From contig DZAX01000010.1 in NCBI GenBank assembly GCA_022729705.1, positions 5,037 to 69,036 of the forward strand: 64,000 nucleotides of DNA. Reading direction: 5' to 3'. Origin of the DNA: Helicobacter cetorum (GTDB lineage: Bacteria; Campylobacterota; Campylobacteria; Campylobacterales; UBA6016). The notes below the pieces were generated by a model. It was not told the DNA's origin. It ran no database searches and saw only the letters and a list, made by a program, of their open reading frames with translations. The position numbers and the translations under genes are program-made. Positions within the stretch are counted from its first letter, which is position 1, and each line of letters starts with the position of its first letter. Of this stretch, positions 1 through 8,044 are shown piece by piece.

Positions 1-620
1 ATTGGTTCCGCCCTCGGAAATAGAAACTCTCTAGTTTTATTGCCAGTGCTTCCGGTAAAAACAATAAAACCATTATCAATCTCTCTAATATATCCACCTA
101 TAGCCTTATACTTGTCAAATGCGGTTGCTCTTTGTTTTTTGATCGCCTCCACCTGTTGTTTATCAAAATATTTTGCCATATCGGTGTATTTGATTCTTGT
201 GTTGCCCTCCGTGACTTTTCCAAGATTCTGAATACTCCATTTTTGACCATCCCTTAATAACCAACCCATATAAATTTTATTTGTATCCATTGCTTTTGCT
301 TTATATGACGGGTGGTTCAAATCTCTGTACGAAAGAGTTTTATCTTGCAATCGTAGTTTTGAAAAACTCAAAATCTCCAAAACATTTCTTACCATCCCCT
401 TAACGCTAGAAGACGGTATATAATACTCTCCGTTATGCTGGCAAAACTGCTCCTGATTGGCGTGGTCACGGATAAAAATCGGACTTTTGGCAGTGATGGT
501 TATCTCTACCTCCCCGCTCTCGCCGTCTTCAAACGGTATATCGTGGCTTACCTGTTCGCCCCACGATGGATAAAAAACCTCTTTGTTTAGCGGGATAAAA
601 TTATACGGCGCCGTTATCAT
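1..620 (-). CDS. CRISPR-associated RAMP (Cas7-like) protein, 5' part only (206 codons visible; gene runs off the left edge)
   Basis: Absent from the ORF track because it has no stop in the window. Manual minus-strand translation from ATG 620-618 gives MITAPYNFIPLNKEVFYPSWGEQVSHDIPFEDGESGEVEITITAKSPIFIRD...GEYYIPSSSVKGMVRNVLEILSF..., open to nt 1. The APYNF(I/V)PL start and the IPSSSxKGxxR loop are RAMP signatures; from memory it resembles the family labelled TIGR03986. Its ATG overlaps the stop of the upstream Fic gene (ATGA). Confidence 0.7.
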   Translation of the reverse strand, partial: MITAPYNFIPLNKEVFYPSWGEQVSHDIPFEDGESGEVEITITAKSPIFIRDHANQEQFCQHNGEYYIPSSSVKGMVRNVLEILSFSKLRLQDKTLSYRDLNHPSYKAKAMDTNKIYMGWLLRDGQKWSIQNLGKVTEGNTRIKYTDMAKYFDKQQVEAIKKQRATAFDKYKAIGGYIREIDNGFIVFTGSTGNKTREFLFPRAEP

Positions 621-1399
621 CTTTTGCTCCTTGTGGCGTCTAGTAGCTCTTTTGAGTTTTTGTATTGGTCTTTAAAAAATTCTCTCAACTCGTAGTATGC
701 TTGGTTTTTTTCCAGTAACGTTTTTGTGTTTTGGTCAAGCGGTTTTGCCGATAGGTTGTAGTCTGATAGAAGCTTGATATACTCGTCTCTGTGGTTGCAA
801 TCAATAATAATCGGTAGAAAATTACTCTTTAAAAGCGGGATATTTGACATTAACCTCCCGACTCTGCCGTTACCGTCAAAAAAAGGATGAATAGCCGTAA
901 AAGCTATATGCATATCCGTATATACATCTACGCATGTATCAAAACTTTCACACTCTTTTAGCTCCCCAAACTCTCTAAACCACAAGCCCATAAGATGCCG
1001 TATATCTTGCGGGTCTGGATACGGAAAATACTCGGCTTTGCCGCTTGGCAGTTTGACGTATCTCCCGTTTTCTATCGCCTTATATTCGCCGATTGGACAA
1101 TCTATATCTATGACCAAATTGGTTTGAACCGCTTTGTGCATCAAAAACAGATCCTCTTCACCTATAACCTCTTTTTTTATCAGCCCATAAATTAGATCAA
1201 TAGCTCTAGCATGCCCCAAAACCTCGTTGTGTTCGATTATTGATTTGCCCTTTACAGTCAATCCGTACTGAATGATGTATGCCGTATCGCCTAGCGAAAT
1301 AGTGTTTCCCTCTATCGCATTTGAGTTGTATGTCCAATTAATTTTTAGTATCTCTTTTGAGGCTATCGTATCTCGGCTTGTTAGTTTTTTCTCGCTCAT
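617..1399 (-). CDS. Fic-domain protein (predicted AMPylase) with canonical active site and N-terminal auto-inhibitory motif
   Basis: HPFFDGNGRVGRL matches the Fic motif HxFx(D/E)GNGRxxR. N-terminal S-N-A-I-E-G-N matches the inhibitory (S/T)xxxE(G/N) motif. ATGA overlaps with both neighbouring genes. Confidence 0.9.
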   Translation of the reverse strand: MSEKKLTSRDTIASKEILKINWTYNSNAIEGNTISLGDTAYIIQYGLTVKGKSIIEHNEVLGHARAIDLIYGLIKKEVIGEEDLFLMHKAVQTNLVIDIDCPIGEYKAIENGRYVKLPSGKAEYFPYPDPQDIRHLMGLWFREFGELKECESFDTCVDVYTDMHIAFTAIHPFFDGNGRVGRLMSNIPLLKSNFLPIIIDCNHRDEYIKLLSDYNLSAKPLDQNTKTLLEKNQAYYELREFFKDQYKNSKELLDATRSKR

Positions 1400-1785
1400 T
1401 TCTCAAACCCTGCAAAAACTACTTTTTTGAGTTTTAAAACTTTCATATTTTCGCACAGCGGGTCAACTTCTGGCTCCCATATTTGAGCCATTTTGACTTT
1501 TAATCCATTGATTACATGGTATGTTTGCTTGTCGCTCTCTACGACATTCGATATATCGGTTTTTGAAACCAGCCAATCGCTATTTATCTGTTTGATAGCT
1601 ATAGACTCGGTACCGTTGCAAAAATGAGCTTCATATACAAAACCGCTTTTGACTACTAGGTTTATATCGCTATGCTCCGCCCAAATATCCGTTATCCGCC
1701 TATCGCTCATTTGGACATAACCTTGATAACTTTTGAGGGTATTGATAAAATCGATAATACCCTGTTGCGTGTATTTATTTTCCAT
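1396..1785 (-). CDS. Hypothetical 129-aa protein between the two Fic-fold genes
   Basis: ORF with a 4-nt overlap downstream and an 11-nt overlap upstream, so it sits in the same translational chain. I recognised no motif. Confidence 0.6.
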   Translation of the reverse strand: MENKYTQQGIIDFINTLKSYQGYVQMSDRRITDIWAEHSDINLVVKSGFVYEAHFCNGTESIAIKQINSDWLVSKTDISNVVESDKQTYHVINGLKVKMAQIWEPEVDPLCENMKVLKLKKVVFAGFEK

Positions 1786-2542
1786 TATTTGCTTCCCTGA
1801 TTAAGCTATCCATTTTTTCATAACATCTGATAAAAAACTCTTTTGATTTCGTATAGACTCCGCTTTCGTAATACTCCAAAATTCCGTCGATATAAAGCGA
1901 TATGTGCTCCTCTTTGGGGATAAGAAGCATTTTATCGTCGCATTTGAGCGATAGATTTAGCATAGTTCTAGCCGTTTGCTTGTTGACATCTACGAAATAT
2001 TGCAGATACGCTAGGTTGTTGTGTAGGTACAAAGCCTTGTCAAATGGGTTTTTGATAAGCTCAAATATACTCAAAAGTCTATCTAGTTCACTATCCAGCG
2101 TCAAACTATCATTTGGCGGCACATAGTCGCTCCCTTTGATTAGTACCCCTTTTTTTCGCACGCATCCCAAATCTTCGTCGTCTACTAGGTCGTCGGCTAG
2201 TATTTGATGGATGGTTCTTATTTTGTGGCGGTTGATATGGCAATCGTCGCTTAGTATGTATCTAAACGCTTTGTTTAGGTTTATCAGCATTTTAGCGTCG
2301 GCATAGCTTTTGCCGCCGCTTGTTTTGCCATATTCTAGTAGTGTGAGCGCATCGGCTTTTGAATAGGTATTACCTTCTATTTTTGCGCTTGTGTAGACAA
2401 AATCAAAACCGAATTTTTCTACTAGATTTTTGTTTTGTAAAAAATTTCTTAGCGATAGGTTTGAGTTTATTTTTTCGAGTATTTCAAGCTCAGTATCGCT
2501 AAATATTGGCGAATAGACTAAAAAATCAGGATTATAGTTCAT
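1775..2542 (-). CDS. Fic/Doc-fold protein with degenerate active-site motif (likely catalytically inactive)
   Basis: N-terminal YTSAKIEGNTYS is a typical Fic-family (S/T)xxxE(G/N) element. At the core-motif position it reads QYFVDVNKQTAR. This is Doc-like (HxFxDxNKRxA), but the catalytic His is Gln and the Arg is Gln. I place the start at MNYNPDF (ATG 2542-2540, ATGA overlap with the upstream RAMP stop). The Arg-rich 35-aa extension in the track ORF lies inside the upstream gene. Confidence 0.7.
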   Translation of the reverse strand: MNYNPDFLVYSPIFSDTELEILEKINSNLSLRNFLQNKNLVEKFGFDFVYTSAKIEGNTYSKADALTLLEYGKTSGGKSYADAKMLINLNKAFRYILSDDCHINRHKIRTIHQILADDLVDDEDLGCVRKKGVLIKGSDYVPPNDSLTLDSELDRLLSIFELIKNPFDKALYLHNNLAYLQYFVDVNKQTARTMLNLSLKCDDKMLLIPKEEHISLYIDGILEYYESGVYTKSKEFFIRCYEKMDSLIREANNGK

Positions 2543-3789
2543 AATTTTTTCCCATTTTTTAGCGCCTCCCCGATAAATACGCCGTGCCCTTTTGTAGTAG
2601 CGCCGCCGAGTGGAAGCATACCTGTGGCTACATCTTTTAAAGCGCATTCAAAGGCTTTTGCTATGGTTTCATCATCAATTTTTTCAAGCAAGATTTCTAT
2701 CTCGTACCCTCCGTCGTCGGCGATTGTCTTCTCTTGAAACAACGCCCCATCTATCGCCCCACCCGTGAAACGATCTATGCTCACATGGTCAAAAGTTTTG
2801 GTTTGTTTGGTTTCATCAAAAGCTTTAAAACAGTCAGATATGAGGATTTTCCCTTTTGAACCGTCGATATTTTGTTTTGAGTTTTTAGCCTCTCCAAATA
2901 TTTCAGGTATTGAGTTTCTAGCTTCCGGATTGTCGATATAAAATTTCTTTAGTAGATTATAATGATATGTTGTTCGATGAGCCAAAGCGCCCTTTATGCC
3001 GCTAGCGGGTATGAGTATTTGTTTGCCCGTTAGCTTTTGCGCTTTATAATCTACCGTTTGTTCAAATACAGGTGTCATATCGGCTTCATCATCGCCAAAA
3101 CCGCCGCCAAACATAAAAAAATCGTCCGGTTTGATTTTGAGAGTATACTTTGTATGTTTTGTAGTGCTTCCTTGCGGAGTATATGTTTCGCCGATTGTCT
3201 GATTGAGAGAGCTTGAGTATTGCCCCAAATTGACAAGGGCTGTTTTTATCTCAATAACTTTTAGCTTCCCAAACCCTCTAGTGCTCCCGCCGCCTAGCCT
3301 AAACGTAGGATTTGATAGTAAATCCAATATCTCCGTGAAAACCTCTTTTTGCTCTTCGATAAACTCTATGCTAAATTTAAAACGGCTCCCTTTGTAGATC
3401 ACCTCTTCGTCAAATTTTGCGCCGTTTTCGGCTGTTCCTTTTGAATTTATCCTCACATGCTCACGCACTGGAAGATTGTCAAATATCTTTAAAAAATCTG
3501 ATTTTTCCGATAGTAGCTCCTCGCATACATCGCCTTTGTTGTCGAGCAGTAGGGCGTTTGAGATGATAACCTTTGAACCTTCTCCGTCTTCGCCATCCTG
3601 AAAACCAAAAAGTTTTTTATCGCCAAAATCTTTTCTCAAAACTCCAGCTATAGAGGTTCCCAGTATCATAGGCAAACCGTTCCAATCTTTTTGTGCGGGA
3701 GCGTCTTGCAAAAAAACCATTGCGTTACTACCTACCCTCAAAGGCGTATCGGCTTCGACGATGATATGGGCTATGTGTCTTTTAGTCAT
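2539..3789 (-). CDS. CRISPR-associated double-RAMP protein (two Cas7-like modules fused)
   Basis: Two copies of the RAMP loop (ILGTSIAGVLRKDF and IPASGIKGALAHRT). Two C-terminal glycine-rich loops (FRLGGGSTRGFGKL and LPLGGATTKGHGVF). A Csm3/Cmr4-like HVSIDRFTGGAIDGALFQEK segment. Confidence 0.8.
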   Translation of the reverse strand: MTKRHIAHIIVEADTPLRVGSNAMVFLQDAPAQKDWNGLPMILGTSIAGVLRKDFGDKKLFGFQDGEDGEGSKVIISNALLLDNKGDVCEELLSEKSDFLKIFDNLPVREHVRINSKGTAENGAKFDEEVIYKGSRFKFSIEFIEEQKEVFTEILDLLSNPTFRLGGGSTRGFGKLKVIEIKTALVNLGQYSSSLNQTIGETYTPQGSTTKHTKYTLKIKPDDFFMFGGGFGDDEADMTPVFEQTVDYKAQKLTGKQILIPASGIKGALAHRTTYHYNLLKKFYIDNPEARNSIPEIFGEAKNSKQNIDGSKGKILISDCFKAFDETKQTKTFDHVSIDRFTGGAIDGALFQEKTIADDGGYEIEILLEKIDDETIAKAFECALKDVATGMLPLGGATTKGHGVFIGEALKNGKKL

Positions 3790-5152
3790 TTTTGCCTCCC
3801 ATTTTCATAGCCAGTAGTTTGGTAAAATTTTGCTTATTTATTTTGTGATTTTCGATGGCGCTCATCAGCGTAACGACTTGACTATCTTCCCATTTTTTTG
3901 AACCGCTACCGATATATGAATTGATTTTTTCTATATAGTCGCCTTGATTGCTAGAGGCTATTGAGCGGATATTTCCCCATTGAGAGGGTTTGATATTTGA
4001 CAAAGTGGATTTTTTATGCGTGTCGACAAAAACGGCAATTTCATCTGCTATAGCTAGCATATCAATATTTGCATTGTGACGATTTGCCAAAAACTGCACA
4101 GCCGTATTTTCAAAATTTTCGGTTATCCTTTTTCGCTTATCTTTTTTCGCCTCTCCGCTTGGTTTTGGCGCAAATTTAAACTCTTTCTCCGTCAAAAAAC
4201 TAGGATTGACAATTATCTCCCCAAACCCCTCGCAAAGATACGCCCCAACGCCGTTTTTGATTTGCTCCAACTGCTCTTTTGTAATATTTTTTAGGACTAT
4301 TACGCTCCCTTTGTTAACACATATTCTCTCGCAATCTCTGGTTTGTCGTTTGTTATTGTATGGGGTAAATGTACTGGTTCGGATTTGTGTTTTTTCATGG
4401 ACAACTTCGGCACCATCGCAAAGATGTGTTAAATCATAAGTTGGATTTCCACATTCATCAATCAAAGCCAAACGGCTATTGCAATACAAAACGACTTCGT
4501 CAAGTTTTGGGTTTTTTTCGTTGAGATTTTCTTTTTTTTGATTTTTTAGATATGTGATTTTTACCGAGCCGTATTCTGCTGATTTTGATCTGCCCAGTCT
4601 ACCGCTTGACTCCAATGTCTTGATAAGGAGCGCTTCATCATCGCTTTTTATGTCGTCCATTTTGACTGTAAAGCGCCATTTTGACCCTTTTTTTATGGCG
4701 CTGTAGCCGTACATTTGGCTATCCATACTTCGCCTTTTTGTCTTGTCATAAGCCGATTTTTGGGAGTAAACATAATCTACAAATACCTGTTCTTTATTGC
4801 TTGCGATGTAGCCGTTTCGGAGCTGTTTTAGTTGACCTAGCTTTTCAAAATCTTCTTTTTCTAGCTTATGATGGTTATAAATAGGTTCCGACTGGAGCTT
4901 TTTATAAACATGCGAATAAGGTATTTTGTAGGTCATTTTTCCATTCTTTAGGATATGCCCGTCTCCAAACCGGACTTTACCGCTGTGAAATATCTCAAAA
5001 CCATCGCTAAATTCATCATAGTTTTTTGCCACCATCCCCAAAAAGCTAGATCCAGGCACAAAGTCTAATCGATCGATTTTTCCCTCCGTATTTGACGAGG
5101 CGTGGAGGACTATATCGCTCAAAAACTCCATGTCAAACAACAACTCTCTCAT
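3782..5152 (-). CDS. CRISPR-associated RAMP protein (possibly Cas5/Cmr3-like) with a C-terminal ~130-aa helical extension
   Basis: N-terminal FVPGSSFLGMVAKNY RAMP loop and a G-rich CEGFGEIIVNP loop near residue 310. Overlaps both neighbours (8 nt and 4 nt). Confidence 0.65.
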   Translation of the reverse strand: MRELLFDMEFLSDIVLHASSNTEGKIDRLDFVPGSSFLGMVAKNYDEFSDGFEIFHSGKVRFGDGHILKNGKMTYKIPYSHVYKKLQSEPIYNHHKLEKEDFEKLGQLKQLRNGYIASNKEQVFVDYVYSQKSAYDKTKRRSMDSQMYGYSAIKKGSKWRFTVKMDDIKSDDEALLIKTLESSGRLGRSKSAEYGSVKITYLKNQKKENLNEKNPKLDEVVLYCNSRLALIDECGNPTYDLTHLCDGAEVVHEKTQIRTSTFTPYNNKRQTRDCERICVNKGSVIVLKNITKEQLEQIKNGVGAYLCEGFGEIIVNPSFLTEKEFKFAPKPSGEAKKDKRKRITENFENTAVQFLANRHNANIDMLAIADEIAVFVDTHKKSTLSNIKPSQWGNIRSIASSNQGDYIEKINSYIGSGSKKWEDSQVVTLMSAIENHKINKQNFTKLLAMKMGGKND

Positions 5153-5676
5153 TTTGCCCCCTCAATCACAAATTCGCACCTGCCAAGCCCACGGTTGCGA
5201 TTTAGCCCCATCCGTTTTATCATCTCTAGCGATTTTTGCATAGCCTCAAAATACCTTTGATTTGGTATATCTCGTATCTCGCCGTATAAAGTAAGCGGTA
5301 TGACAACCTCTATCTCCCTAAGGCTTTTATCCTCCGCAATGCCGTTTTCTCCGATTTTTGTGGAGGCGATAATGTCGTAGAGATTGTCTTGCAAGTCATT
5401 GCTTTTAATCTGTTTTGCGGCACTTTCATCTAAAACGGCGTTTGAAAAATAGCACTCCCCAGTTGCCGCCCCTTCTTCACCAAAACACTCCCTAACAAAC
5501 TCACAATCCTCCAAAAGCTCCGCCATCTCCCTAACTAACCCCTTGATAATTTTTCCAGCCACATACGGCAATTCGTCGCCGTCTTTTATCACAGAGCTAT
5601 CCAGTTTTGCCCCTGCGCTAAGACCGCTAGAGATGTGCCAATAATCATAGAATTTGAGCTCGTATTTTAGAATCAC
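5149..5676 (-). CDS. Small RAMP protein (minimal Cas7/Csm3-like, 175 aa)
   Basis: DSSVIKDGDELPYVAGKIIKGLVRE loop and C-terminal MGLNRNRGLGRCEF glycine-rich loop. GTG start overlapping the cas10 stop (TAGTG). Confidence 0.75.
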   Translation of the reverse strand: MILKYELKFYDYWHISSGLSAGAKLDSSVIKDGDELPYVAGKIIKGLVREMAELLEDCEFVRECFGEEGAATGECYFSNAVLDESAAKQIKSNDLQDNLYDIIASTKIGENGIAEDKSLREIEVVIPLTLYGEIRDIPNQRYFEAMQKSLEMIKRMGLNRNRGLGRCEFVIEGAK

Positions 5677-7082
5677 TATTTTACCTCCGTAACAGATAAG
5701 ATTTGGAGCACGTCATAGATTGGGGTTTTTCTCATACCGTCCTTGTCAATAATGAGTTCTTCATTTGAGAGTTTGGTTTTGAAGTTTTTAAGATTTTTAT
5801 CCATAATGCAACTACTCCACTTACTGTTTTGAGAAGCCATTTCATTAATTCTTTTGAGCAAATTATCGGCGTACGTTTGGCTTTTGTGCAGCCCTCCTAT
5901 CCACTCTCTTAGCCTGCTTATCGGGCTACCCTCGCATCTATAAGCCTCTACGATATGGATAAAATCTTGTATTTTTGGCTCTCCGTCTTGACTCAAATAG
6001 TACGGACCAAAATCACATCTGATTGTCTCTTGATCATTTATGATAGTAAGCTCATCGGCGATAAATTTTTCCCAACTCTGAAAATTTGAACTTTGAATAT
6101 TGTGAAACATAAGACTAGACGGAGCCGGATTGTTTGTATTTTCGATGAGTTTTTTGGCGTGTTTTTTTGTGGCGACGCATAGCGCTTCTGCTAGACTCAC
6201 AGCATAGTGAAACGGGTATTTTTCGTTGCAGTAGGCAATTCCGGCGCAAGCGGTCAAACCGCCATTACCTAATTCTTTCGTCTCATTTTCAAAGTTGGCT
6301 AAAAAGTTTTTCGTAAACGCTAACGCATTATTAGCATTACAAATGACCGTCAAATCATCTCCGCCCAAAACAACTTCTCTTATATCCATCGTATCGTCTC
6401 TGGCTTCATCAAATGCTTTTCTTGTGGCAATATCAAGTTTTTTAGAAAACTCATTAAGGGGCATTTTAAGATTTGGAATAAGCTGACCCAAGCCATTTCC
6501 GTCGGCATGTATAACCGCTATTTTCCCTTTGCCATTTGAAAAATCTGAAATATCGACAAACTCCCGATTTCTGGGATTTTTTTTATAAAATTCTTCGTTG
6601 ACTTTTCTTTTTAATGACGAAGCCTTATCTAGTCTGTTACCGTTTTTATCTATCTCAAAAAGCGCTCTCGCCGTCTTAGGTGCTAACTCCATAATGCCGA
6701 TACTCAAATCAAGCGGAATAGAGGGTTTGTTTCGTTGGATTTTCAGCCTTTTTTCAAGCTCAAGTATCTCCTCTGTTGTTTGCTTTTCGCCGGACATTTT
6801 CACAACCGCTTGACTAATAGTGATCCCGCAAGCTTTTTGCATAATAAGCTTTGGAAATTCCATTACGACCCTCTCAAGGCTACTTCTGTCCTCAAAAATC
6901 GCCTTTATATTTCCCGCCGCATTGAGCAATATCTTATCTTCGGCGATATTTTCGAAATCAATAAACTCCCGCTCCAAGCTCTTAACTATCTCACTAGCCC
7001 CGACAATCTCTTGCAATTGATTGGTCTTAAATATAAAATCCTGAATCCCCTGAACCGACGCCCCATACAGATATTTACTCAT
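5676..7082 (-). CDS. cas10: Cas10-like large subunit, short form without HD domain, cyclase palm with GGDD
   Basis: Begins directly with YLYGASVQGIQDFIFKTNQLQEIVGASEIV, a Cmr2-type palm-1 signature. Contains VIHADGNGLGQ and VLGGDDLTVICNAN (GGDD). About 468 aa from MSKYLY (ATG 7082-7080), which overlaps the cas6 stop as ATGA. Confidence 0.85.
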   Translation of the reverse strand: MSKYLYGASVQGIQDFIFKTNQLQEIVGASEIVKSLEREFIDFENIAEDKILLNAAGNIKAIFEDRSSLERVVMEFPKLIMQKACGITISQAVVKMSGEKQTTEEILELEKRLKIQRNKPSIPLDLSIGIMELAPKTARALFEIDKNGNRLDKASSLKRKVNEEFYKKNPRNREFVDISDFSNGKGKIAVIHADGNGLGQLIPNLKMPLNEFSKKLDIATRKAFDEARDDTMDIREVVLGGDDLTVICNANNALAFTKNFLANFENETKELGNGGLTACAGIAYCNEKYPFHYAVSLAEALCVATKKHAKKLIENTNNPAPSSLMFHNIQSSNFQSWEKFIADELTIINDQETIRCDFGPYYLSQDGEPKIQDFIHIVEAYRCEGSPISRLREWIGGLHKSQTYADNLLKRINEMASQNSKWSSCIMDKNLKNFKTKLSNEELIIDKDGMRKTPIYDVLQILSVTEVK

Positions 7083-7912
7083 TCCTTCTCCTCCAGCTTT
7101 ATCTCCCCAAGCCCAAAAACACAAGACTTCCCAACCCCAACTATCTCACCCAGCCTCAAAGCCGTCGCCATCTCCTCTTTCATATCTGCGCACTCTATAG
7201 CGCCCACATATCCGCCAAGTCCCATTTTTGTTTTTTGGCGATTGCTGTACCTCTCTAGATCCAAAAACTCTAAGTTGGCTTTTTCGTTTTCTCTAGCGTA
7301 CTCATGGCGTCTTCTTTTGGCGCCCTCGCCTTTTAGCTCGTCGTAGCGTCTTTGCGCCGATAGGGCTATGCTAAGCGCGGTTATCTCCTCTTTTTTTACC
7401 ATTTTGCCGTCTGATTTTAGTCTTAGAGGAGTTTTTAGTGTGATTTTTGAGATTTTTGAGGCGGTTTTGGGGTCAAATAGCGCGGGTTTTGAGTCTTTGA
7501 GGTCGTATCTTCCGTTTTTATATATGTCGGCGCCGTTTGCTTTTACGCTCTCTATCTTTGGCGTTTGCCTCTTTGCTCCTAAACCGATTGTCGTTATGGC
7601 GGAGTCTAGCGCCGATATGACGTACGGCGCCTTGTCGCACGCCTCTTCGTATAGATATATCCCAAAACTCCAAGAAGAAGCCGGCATATCTATACAAAAG
7701 CGGTACCCATGCGCCCCCTCGCGCTTCTCAAAAAAATCCCAATAAAGACAAGTAGAAGAAGCAAAACACCCCTCGCACTCTTCCTTAGGATTAATACAAC
7801 ACACTTTTTTGAGACTATGCCCAAAAGCGCCGCGAAGAGCCGAACCAATAAAAAAAGGAGCCTCACCGCCCAAAAGCGCAAAATCAAGACGCAAATATCT
7901 AAGAGCGGTCAT
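7079..7912 (-). CDS. cas6: Cas6-type RAMP endoribonuclease with a Cys-rich insert
   Basis: N-terminal IGSALRGAFGHSLKKVCCINPKEECEGCFASSTCLYWDFFE and C-terminal G-rich loop GVGKSCVFGLGEI. First gene of the operon. Confidence 0.75.
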   Translation of the reverse strand: MTALRYLRLDFALLGGEAPFFIGSALRGAFGHSLKKVCCINPKEECEGCFASSTCLYWDFFEKREGAHGYRFCIDMPASSWSFGIYLYEEACDKAPYVISALDSAITTIGLGAKRQTPKIESVKANGADIYKNGRYDLKDSKPALFDPKTASKISKITLKTPLRLKSDGKMVKKEEITALSIALSAQRRYDELKGEGAKRRRHEYARENEKANLEFLDLERYSNRQKTKMGLGGYVGAIECADMKEEMATALRLGEIVGVGKSCVFGLGEIKLEEKE

Positions 7913-8044
7913 AAGCGTAAAGCCTCTTTTGTATAATTTTTACAAAACTACATAATATGTAAAAAGCATACTATTTTTTTACTTTATCGGTGTTTCCATC
8001 GTTCCCACCCTCTGAGTGAGAACGCATAGTAAAGTCAGGTCTAG

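Noticed and set aside
40-231. 63-aa plus-strand ORF at the left edge.
   Set aside because: It is antisense to the partial RAMP gene, whose frame stays open over the whole 620 nt and carries RAMP motifs.
2543-2647. Arg-rich 35-aa N-terminal extension of the track ORF 1775-2647.
   Set aside because: It lies entirely within the 3' end of the double-RAMP gene. An internal ATG gives the ATGA coupling seen elsewhere in the operon.
6735-7346. 203-aa plus-strand ORF, with others at 6295-6486, 6598-6813 and 6820-7020.
   Set aside because: It is antisense to cas10/cas6. The low-complexity Ser/Leu/Phe-rich translation has no motifs, whereas the minus-strand genes carry clear Cas motifs.
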